A stretch of DNA of 64,000 nucleotides, taken from a candidate division FCPU426 bacterium (GTDB lineage Bacteria > Oederibacteriota > JAAXVQ01 > JAUVAV01). The stretch's first letter is position 1. Each line of letters starts with the position of its first letter. The translations under genes and the position numbers were made by a program. The notes under the pieces were generated by a model. The model was not told where the DNA came from. It saw only the letters and a list, made by a program, of their open reading frames with translations, and searched no databases. Where the stretch lies: NCBI GenBank assembly GCA_030637655.1, contig DAOWGI010000031.1, positions 1 to 64,000 on the forward strand. The letters run 5' to 3'. Shown here one piece after another: positions 9,201 through 14,416 of this stretch.

Positions 9201-11054
9201 AGCAGTAATAAAATGCTGGGCTTCATGAAAAAGATGTCTGGCGGGGGCCCGGCTGCTGTGCCCATGGCCATAGTCGGTTTGGTGTCAAGTTTATTTTTTG
9301 CCCCGGCCTGGGCCGCGCCCTATGTGGTTGGTTTGGCGCTAGGAAAACTTAACAGTGAAGTTATGAATTACATCACGAAAGTGCCGGAGCAAGACAGTGA
9401 AACGGTTATTGTCAATAAAGCGTCCAAAGATACCGTGCAAGCTGTAGCAGGCGGCGGGGTGTTTGCGGAGTTTAAAAAACGCATGAAAGGCCGTGATAAG
9501 AGCGAGGCGGTTCCAGAGTTGACAGAAATTTTAAAGGAAAGCGGTGTGAAATTGGTGGCCGGAGAAAAGATGAATCATTACGGTTTTGCGCTCACACTGG
9601 CCGCGCTCTTTGACTTGGTGCCAAACGCGCTTGAAAGCGTAAAGCGCATTGCAGTTGACGCTGAAGCTGATAAAGCGGATCAACAAAAAACCAGTGTTAC
9701 GGTAGATAGCAGCTCTGTGAAATTCTTGGGTCAACAATTCTCAGAAAGCGTGCTTAACCAATTAATAATGGCCGCAACAACTAAGCTGTTTGGCGGCGGC
9801 ACGGAAGAAACCTTAGATACCCTGACCAACTCCTATATCGTGAAATTAAAACAGCATCCGCGATTCAAGGGATTCGGCAACAACGCTTTTCAGGAATTTC
9901 TGAAACAATACATAATGGACGGCGAAAATTTAAAAATTCTTTGCACCTCAGATATGAAATTAACAACGTTATATGAGAAAGTGAAAAGTAAAATGGGCCG
10001 CGAGTTTACAGAAAAGGATATGAGTAACCTGGCCGAAGCTTCCGTCGAATTGGAAACTGAGGCTTTTACTCTGATGAAGCAAAAAGCCGCTGAGATCAAA
10101 ACAGCAGCAGCAGAAAATCAGCCGGGTATGGTGGTGGAGTTCAATACTATATTTGGTATGTCCTATGCCGCCTATCAAAAGATGATGAAGCCCTCCTGGT
10201 CACAGGAGATATTTACCAAAATTGTGGGCAAAGAACGTTTGCACAGCGAGCAAACGCCGCTTATCTTTATCCGCAGCAAATCCCAGCAGATGATCGGCTG
10301 GGGCGCGGTATCTTTGGCCGCCGGCGCGGCACTCATCCTGGGCGTAGGCACTGTTGCACCCATAATTCTAGGTATTGGCGCGGCTGTGTTCGGCGCGGCC
10401 CTGGCTTTGGAAGGCACAGCAACCTGGTTCCAGGCCAAAAAGATGGCCTTCCGTATCAATCCCACGGACACGGTGCAGGAGCAATTGGATAATGTTGTAT
10501 TTGCTTCGCGCGATGTGAAGGTAGAAAGCCAGGCCAAGATGATCACTGGTAAAGAACTCAGAGCTGTAGAGGCGCTTAAGCAAAGCAAGGAATTCACCAA
10601 GGAGTATGGCGTGCCGCCGCAAACCTATCAAGACATTTCAATCAATGCCTTGCTGAACAATGCCGGCTTTAAAAAGGCCATTGCCAATTTAAAGATCGCG
10701 GGAACAGAACAGATAGTGTCCGAGGAAAGTCAGAACAGCGCCATCCGTCTGGCTTTGCTGCACCTTCTGCAGGCAGTGGAATCCGATGCCAAGTACAAGA
10801 CCAAGATAGCCATTGCCGGGGATATCACAAAAATCTTGGGCTTCCTGGGATTCAACATTAACATGACTTACAAGGAATACGCGGACGCGCTCTCCATTAC
10901 CTTGACACCTGAGGCAGTACCACGTACCTTGCTTGAGTATAAAAACCTCGGTCGAATTATCGAAAGTCTGGAAGGTTTTGGTGTGGGTATTAAGCTGGAT
11001 ATGGCGCCGCAAACACCCCAGCGGAAATTGAAGGCCGTAGGAGCGGCAGCGTAA
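3..11054 (+). CDS. Giant membrane-associated protein 1, 5'-truncated (>3683 aa): 64-aa tandem repeats, Gly-rich hydrophobic region, Lys/Ala-rich helical region, degenerate SecA-like ATPase, TM hairpins, shared C-terminal domain
   Basis: Frame of ORF 393..11054 stays open back to position 3 (NKSDAAAQGIYNLENGKWTW...), so the TTG at 393 is not the start; motifs QLAMGGGKS, DEFH, FSGT; ends KAVGAAA. Confidence 0.9.
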   Translation, partial: NKSDAAAQGIYNLENGKWTWKTDAKEFTASAAEEKQGLAKTGEKFTAYSSEKGKWGGVQGDAYKNKSDAAAQGIYNLENGKWTWKTDAKEITATKTDARKGLVPSVGDKYTAYSTERGEWLPSVSWTAEELAAAKNSPLKNKEQTANVISLAKEKTGKANPEMTITFNKDKQLTGIQFEDKDGNAWNAEFEQKTKTTKKYIPGTHIEAGRDKQITCEVTSWTKTQENQTLTLPGKGEQTGTLRTTYAADGTTKKGEQFTYKGEIAGDRWKGKHAGEVTVKIIRGKNDVVVKNITEGFTPANEQLYLARERIATAGNISQWMELYGKSDMAGATAENIGRKIFMADIKEAYATVSHKINRAIYQSSEYAIDAASLTHNLMGKIKYFFGNKDAAAVHTAIAAHTGQAHQETFGKMLHIDWANDNLLVTGAKLALGAGTYFFVKTEIMLGFMAPLVLDVANGVRTMVRDVSRGEGWGDWDALIVTGAGLVDFPIHMWEMLKTNPAQALAFAFGGGQFVGTVARKAGISVSRATVNQVMNFGYLMVANRALGLAGEYIGGYFGSDLGAFYGKGLGGLSAIPAMGSIAMHLKGGQVKAFGREFKFEGVKARAQTVGYTRAIFGLKGAGVFVVGGLQATRHTLTSPITAGLKLPGRIFSLVGGRAYFANRYANRVTRIAQGKSHMTQTEIIINKYGRNITAYALKLGRNAKKGTFQDIKKAVAVRVESSGKRMQIGDRQAFTQLNQGVQAKVVTALARVGADRLTTNRVIDKISRTANGDVGKINKILESVTNQKDSITALEMEKEAAQIEPVSAKSAANAPGKSSFISRIRNHFKTSDAAALEAMGIAQKHNYTNAKSVYQGVKLVSKASNVLARGLGKGGNQALNIINSLNKDGLKTVLSRAGLKECNAMLSRNPAKTNEILAAVFEKSPIALKTLIAGTDAKAAQVLLEKTSSKVMDKTGVLEALAAPILNKALAKMSGREKRLLVNKLSAKTAESGKAMEGLDTAKKSETAKTASEADTARLAPLLEKLASKLNLQNTTKLVADLPIKHPAKAAMQQAVIEGIMQSSLSARKKIAALKTTFNIHGDKANKLLDQLGTERMQNIMTQNPLAGLKFVDAMKLTAKEKTALFKELFLKKDSVLQKDIIKDAVNFNNFKTVCKEVCKVFGKDKVVKNGLNGIGKKIRNVQRRNEEIAAKEMKSKGDVPAQVEAAQAQAEPGNLQSKKNKVMKSFKSAAGNMRGLLEAISREWANSRLVWDTGQVNEAQVIVAATAFHAAQAFVLGSIKGIRAWRLNSSPRAKARAINRLNQNRPGFENTIKANDVRSVEISRVAKMFAGNPRKTLKFLQELKLSPAEKVNLLQNRDFSNAMIKYSQEKGRAAFLQKELGKYFGQEGQVSEAINKLTAKAEIVIREAIAKDLAKSMGIKSLEKANGITRGAIRNIAKEIASARKTAYGRKVTASEKTAIVRKIANEYRRAEQNNISRAEAKSRAEVFLNVELGKKAATDKAQGVLKSEAKAEKAGEKTGTKFSRLKETLKKAPNAVKSWIEALVNARAEAKNRIWTEKLHKAEQALEIANDKAAWDKSALREIKAAQKQVDRLTAKLLKVTGDFKTINSTEIKNKLKELSIEDKKILTKSLANINKYGKKLAKGRNGGTLRKLWASRYAKKLADAIAELQKHKLMDKIMESVGLEGLTDMSEAIIKVNGKETTRIKNLGESIAEVLKMVRNELGFAKPLAGNRAEIRDEIVKTIISEGAKAKALKQSVERLLKKMENTHGRITEKVLRKMIKESLHLDTNAYVDSIFKAVKEGVTLSLKDGAKLEALGYQAVSAKEASLTNKSGLRTRVDIAIKNLNEARGLKLNTQGKRIMADVILRFQKDANYRNFTRDADAQAFLFRQAELHYLNLELHGKNSGIKNLIGTALQLAMGGGKSGSGLSMEVGRELFMAKHPGKEVPAMLYMTKDATLVMQMLKEGAFKTWDKQGILEVLSKDNAAKVIKNGFENNKVYIMENETLKHIVLEMRSAGKNDAWIANKLQKKLGTVAWDEFHAIFHTTDTIIGASGVWNKLSDGVREQATDMLLDLTRSYAEVRKWYKAAEKSGMKFNDMFVSIESGVNKEIRGQFTFNKKARASLLKATGFDYNRSGDAFILDKMVKVLSSKNKHQWSGTYVKGKGTSYGTMEGGVGKPNTIKGDTFEAALTHIEIFLAAMAKKKGFNINRMTNKEFATKHDDFIKTAGDALAHTTTERVTMAEAVQLIGAHNIVAFSGTFEGLAQRTLRAWGKTVLKINAEPQVALKEVAKGEATFTVKIDDKIISIKQGKNGNLELVLNRESARVNRFMLKEAMSHLDSGKDYGGKLTNQAYTHSDGTVLVHALKIARQKYWGNKSKMVVINTKTVERYIERHKRDIMKKIKAQGTDIKLVKTRDGMLDMADIVTRKAVEKAVDMMLEVQAGKNVVQLVYVDGMAPDLWSVAMDKVGKKIQTPEAKKDGKVIPAGWKQKRMLFAARIGEGLNTYKITAANKGMRAEIIDMRMSPLDVARQAAKRVGVFDKKTGEFRRAQGTYHNIIDLNDTANVKTSEKQEFKTFIKKAEAKMKSRRGDARYFEIKNKDAKGIEGDLIREFCDLLVSEGGATTGITRRILNEVDAAKSADAYKTQAGIQTEKTTKLSVSKTSDKYMPELAKKIEKNLPSKLREFQGVTDCLARRTRNQAGQSKLLQNPAFHTYHMRTKGLVNWIPGIGSVVSHMQMQTAALKNSAAQISLVSAYAKTWKEWNQFENIDTKQAEIRDQMSELTKEDPKLAESQEQMVEMQMAKTFGSTWQSDQKQYEKMKAEYGRNWFEKAMADKFGADWRVYQRLESSLNALNIPFIGKIAGGFMAEFVLARQPYLVRSLYNQSLQNIARVNAKIPVLRADAGKTITYQNQTMDKNQAVQYVQQNLVMAQSLANRYEFKQTPQMAGLQAQPKTYGNNSQILQRVVKEQLDSSGSAAQLGLAAKQQWHNLVRGIHRVQFFTPFFNVKNGVLIPSTPTKLLVGAAVVGAFSFTSLCPWAMMLAFMGITIISGFKKDSAKTGAESSNKMLGFMKKMSGGGPAAVPMAIVGLVSSLFFAPAWAAPYVVGLALGKLNSEVMNYITKVPEQDSETVIVNKASKDTVQAVAGGGVFAEFKKRMKGRDKSEAVPELTEILKESGVKLVAGEKMNHYGFALTLAALFDLVPNALESVKRIAVDAEADKADQQKTSVTVDSSSVKFLGQQFSESVLNQLIMAATTKLFGGGTEETLDTLTNSYIVKLKQHPRFKGFGNNAFQEFLKQYIMDGENLKILCTSDMKLTTLYEKVKSKMGREFTEKDMSNLAEASVELETEAFTLMKQKAAEIKTAAAENQPGMVVEFNTIFGMSYAAYQKMMKPSWSQEIFTKIVGKERLHSEQTPLIFIRSKSQQMIGWGAVSLAAGAALILGVGTVAPIILGIGAAVFGAALALEGTATWFQAKKMAFRINPTDTVQEQLDNVVFASRDVKVESQAKMITGKELRAVEALKQSKEFTKEYGVPPQTYQDISINALLNNAGFKKAIANLKIAGTEQIVSEESQNSAIRLALLHLLQAVESDAKYKTKIAIAGDITKILGFLGFNINMTYKEYADALSITLTPEAVPRTLLEYKNLGRIIESLEGFGVGIKLDMAPQTPQRKLKAVGAAA

Positions 11055-11086
11055 AAATTCGTTTTGGTCGTTGTGATTTTGATTTC

Positions 11087-11114
11087 GTAGGGGCACGGCA
11101 TGCCGTGCCCCTAC
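11087..11114. repeat. GTAG-family REP-like perfect palindrome
   Basis: gtaggggcacggcatgccgtgcccctac. Confidence 0.85.
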
Positions 11115-11115
11115 T

Positions 11116-11518
11116 GTTATTCAATACGCGCCCCCCTTAACAAACGTAAAATAATACGCAAGGATTTTGTTGTTTTCCAGTCTCAATTTGTGAGGAATTG
11201 GCAGTTGACAGAACCTGCCAAATATCACAAAATCAGGAGGCGCGAAAATGACAGAAGAAGGAAAAATTACCATGAGCGAGTTTAAAACAGTTGTTGAAAG
11301 ATTTGAGGACAATCAGAAGAAAATTATTGAAGTAATGAACCATCGCTTTGACAAAGTAGAGACGGATATGCACGCGATAAAAGAAGATGTTTCTTCGCTT
11401 AAAGAGGAAGTGGCCTTATTGCATGAGGGTCAAACCGCGATTCGTGCTGATCTGCGCCGGAAAGTCTCGTATGATGATTTTGAGATGCTGGAAAAACGGG
11501 TGGCGCGTATTGAATAAC
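11116..11518. mobile_element. Putative non-autonomous cassette bounded by perfect 17-bp inverted repeats, carrying a small gene
   Basis: gttattcaatacgcgcc (11116-11132) / ggcgcgtattgaataac (11502-11518), each next to a GTAG REP. Confidence 0.5.
11248..11517 (+). CDS. Small coiled-coil hypothetical protein (89 aa)
   Basis: AGGAGG RBS upstream; heptad pattern (RFDKVETDMHAIKEDVSSLKEEV). Confidence 0.75.
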   Translation: MTEEGKITMSEFKTVVERFEDNQKKIIEVMNHRFDKVETDMHAIKEDVSSLKEEVALLHEGQTAIRADLRRKVSYDDFEMLEKRVARIE

Positions 11519-11595
11519 GTAGGGGCGCGATTTATCGCGCCCAAAAATATGGGTGTGGAAACCGGAATGATGGGCGTGATAAATCACGCCCCTAC
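11519..11595. repeat. Inverted GTAG REP doublet (REPIN-like)
   Basis: gtaggggcgcgatttatcgcgccc ... gggcgtgataaatcacgcccctac. Confidence 0.85.
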
Positions 11596-13256
11596 GATTT
11601 CTTTGGCTGATAAAAGGCCGCGGCCAACAGTCCGGAGAAGAGCAAGAGAAAGAAGAAGGGAATGATATTTCCAAAGCGGGTAAAGAAGGTGCGGAAAACG
11701 GCCGGGTAAATGGTTACGTGTTTAACACCCGCGATATAATATTCCAGGTGTTCTCCGATATTGCCCCAGGGATCTATCACGCAGGTCGGTCCGGTCATGT
11801 CCGCTTTAGCCACATAGGCGCGATGCTCCACAGCCAGGAAAACCGACATGGCTGAATGCTGATAACTCATGGCCGACTTGCCGGACCAACTGTTGTTGGC
11901 CATGCAGAGAAAGAAATCAGCTCCAGCCCGGGCCAAGTGAAACCCCAGTTCCTCAAAGAGATCTTCATAGCAGATCAAGGCGGCAAACGTGGATTTTCCG
12001 AGCTTAAATACAGAATAATCATCACCCGGCTCAAAATCAATGGGAATGGGTTCTTGTACCACGGTTTGCAAATGCTTTTTTAAAATTGTATAAGGTATGT
12101 ATTCACCAAAAGGAACCAAATGGATCTTGCGGTAGCGTCCGATGGTTTCTCCCAGCGAATCAAAATAAAAGGCGCTGTTGTAATGATGCCAGGTATGTTT
12201 GGCTTCCAGATTTTTTTCGCGCTGATATTCATTACTGGTCAGCAAGGTTGGTGTTTTGCCCTGTATGATCAGCGCGCGCAATTGATCTTCCCATTGCTGA
12301 TAGCCGGGATGTTCGAGGATGCCCGGAAAGCAGGATTCCGCCCAGACAATTAAATCCGGCCGGCCTTGTGCTGCTTGCGCGTGCAAGGCGCTCATTTTTT
12401 TCATAGCCGCGTCGCGATACTTGCGATTCCATTTCTGGCGGGTATTGATATTGCCCTGTACCAGAGCCAGTTTTACTTCTGTGGTTTTAGTTTTGGCAAA
12501 CTGTATGGTTTCAGTAACACAAATGCCGCCCAGGATCAGCCACAAGAGAAGCATGCCAATACTGAGACCGGTTGCGAAAGGTTTTTCTTGAAACCATTGG
12601 GGAAAGGAAGGCCGACGAGGCAGAAAATAGCCTAAGGACCAGGTCTGGTCTTTGGGCTTGTGCAGTATTTTTTCCAGACCATTGGTAATCCAGATGTTTA
12701 CCAGCAGCACTAAAAAAGAGATGCCGCCCACACCCACAACTGATGCCATCTGCCGGAGTACCACATTGCCATACTGTGTGTGTCCCAGGCTGCCCCAGGG
12801 CCAACCGCCGGTCAGAATATGACCGCGCAGATATTCCCAGGCCACCCAGGCCAAAGGCAGTACCAGGGAGTCCGGTAGTTTCAGCCGGTTTTTGGTTAAT
12901 CGGGCAGTCAGGCCAAAGAGAGCAAAATAAATACCACCGCATACGGCAAAGAAGATCCAGGCAAAAGCATTGTCAATATTGGTATTCCGGCCAATTAAAC
13001 GGATCCAGGCCAGGATTCCGATAAAATAGAAAAAGCCCATGAGAAAGGAATAAACACCAGTGCCGACCCAGGTAGTTCTTCGCCATAGGTAGATGAAGGG
13101 AACAAAAGCAATAAGCGCGATCCAGGTGTGCCAGACGGAATGCCCGGTGAAAATCAGATTGGGAAAAGAGAACGCTTGTAAAAATCCAGCCAGGACTGCA
13201 AGTAGTACGCCATAACGGATTTGCAAGGGTTGCCATTGAGTGGTTGTGTCGGACAT
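11592..13256 (-). CDS. lnt: Apolipoprotein N-acyltransferase
   Basis: Multi-TM N-terminus, VQGNI, catalytic triad motifs WAES, YRKIHLVPFGEY, ICYED; ATG 13256 follows GGAG (ORF track starts at 13268). Confidence 0.95.
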   Translation of the reverse strand: MSDTTTQWQPLQIRYGVLLAVLAGFLQAFSFPNLIFTGHSVWHTWIALIAFVPFIYLWRRTTWVGTGVYSFLMGFFYFIGILAWIRLIGRNTNIDNAFAWIFFAVCGGIYFALFGLTARLTKNRLKLPDSLVLPLAWVAWEYLRGHILTGGWPWGSLGHTQYGNVVLRQMASVVGVGGISFLVLLVNIWITNGLEKILHKPKDQTWSLGYFLPRRPSFPQWFQEKPFATGLSIGMLLLWLILGGICVTETIQFAKTKTTEVKLALVQGNINTRQKWNRKYRDAAMKKMSALHAQAAQGRPDLIVWAESCFPGILEHPGYQQWEDQLRALIIQGKTPTLLTSNEYQREKNLEAKHTWHHYNSAFYFDSLGETIGRYRKIHLVPFGEYIPYTILKKHLQTVVQEPIPIDFEPGDDYSVFKLGKSTFAALICYEDLFEELGFHLARAGADFFLCMANNSWSGKSAMSYQHSAMSVFLAVEHRAYVAKADMTGPTCVIDPWGNIGEHLEYYIAGVKHVTIYPAVFRTFFTRFGNIIPFFFLLLFSGLLAAAFYQPKKS

Positions 13257-13288
13257 ACGTGACTCCAAACAATTTTCATTAAGTATAG

Positions 13289-13500
13289 GTAACTGCTCAG
13301 GTGGGTAAAAAAAGTATTCAAATATTCACGCCTGGCAGGTCACTTTGGTCTTTTTCAAGCATTGCAAAGCGGAAAACCAAGGTCCAGGCTGGTAACGGGC
13401 AATAGGGGCATATGCTTTTCTAAACCACATCTCCGCAGTTACCGCTGCCACGCTTGAAAAAGACCAAAGCGCCCTGCTCCTTGCAGACTTGAGTAGTTAT
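13289..13500. mobile_element. 212-bp MITE with 8-bp target-site duplication and internal long hairpin
   Basis: aagtatag at 13281-13288 and 13501-13508; imperfect TIR gtaactgctcag / ttgagtagttat; inner 18-bp perfect IR 13343-13360 / 13452-13469. Confidence 0.7.
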
Positions 13501-13533
13501 AAGTATAGCATAAAAAAAATAAAAAAACGAAAT

Positions 13534-13558
13534 GTAGGGGCACCCTTTACGGGTGCCC
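13534..13558. repeat. GTAG REP-like palindrome
   Basis: gtaggggcaccctttacgggtgccc; related copies at 34450 and 37407. Confidence 0.8.
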
Positions 13559-13635
13559 GGTATCATTGCTTGAATCCAGGCATAAACCACAGTAGAATAT
13601 ATAAAGGCACAATAATTGGCGCCAATATACCAAAG

Positions 13636-13745
13636 GAATCCCCGACCTAAGTCCGGGATTACCGCATTCCCTCTACCTTTTAGGGAGAGGAATAAAGGGT
13701 GAGGGTTACCTGAATATTCCGCACTTCAGTGCGGGGATGATTTAT
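13636..13745. repeat. Cluster of short palindromes, including an IS200/IS605-end-like hairpin
   Basis: aatccccgac..cgggatt; ccctctaccttttagggagagg..gggtgaggg; ccgcacttcagtgcggggatga. Confidence 0.45.
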
Positions 13746-13769
13746 TAAATGGAGAAAGGAAACTGACCT

Positions 13770-14405
13770 GTGCGCATTTTAGCAATTCTCTACATTATAT
13801 CAATAAGCAACGTGATGGTATTGCCGGTTTCCGGCCATACCGGGGTGGGACCGACCCTGGGCGATGCTTTGCTCCAGGGAAAAATAGAAAACTGGCAGAC
13901 TGCGGAAAAACATACGCAGGAGGTGGAGCAGGCAAATCGTTTGACGCAAAATTTTTCCTTGCCGGAAGAATACAGCCGTGTGGGCCGCTTGTTAAGCCGG
14001 GAACGCTTGGATGGCACGCGTGAAAAAATCACCTATGACCAAAACGGCAGACTGATTTCCGTCTGGGTAACCAGTCCGGACGGAAAATTTGAGAAAGAAC
14101 GATTATACGTAGATAATTATTTGCGGGCTATTTTGTATGTGGACAAGTCATTGAAAACTTTGCAGTATCTGGGTCCCTTGCAATTGGGGATCGAAAGTAA
14201 AGAGCAAAAGAGTGAAGCTGACCCGGCTTTGTGCATTATTGTTTCCGCGGGAGCCAAAGTGCGTATTCTGCAATATAACACCTATGGAAAATTGCTTGGT
14301 AGTTATCAGCCCAACGGCAAAAAAAACATACAAACAACTCAGACCAACGCGAACGATTTGGATCAGGTAATTCCAATTAATGAACTGCAGTTTTTAAAAC
14401 AGTAG
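13770..14405 (+). CDS. Secreted hypothetical protein with YD/RHS-like beta-hairpin motifs
   Basis: GGAGAAGGA RBS, hydrophobic N-terminus, ITYDQNGRLISV and QYNTYGKLLG motifs. Confidence 0.7.
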   Translation: MRILAILYIISISNVMVLPVSGHTGVGPTLGDALLQGKIENWQTAEKHTQEVEQANRLTQNFSLPEEYSRVGRLLSRERLDGTREKITYDQNGRLISVWVTSPDGKFEKERLYVDNYLRAILYVDKSLKTLQYLGPLQLGIESKEQKSEADPALCIIVSAGAKVRILQYNTYGKLLGSYQPNGKKNIQTTQTNANDLDQVIPINELQFLKQ

Positions 14406-14416
14406 AAAGGGAAAAC

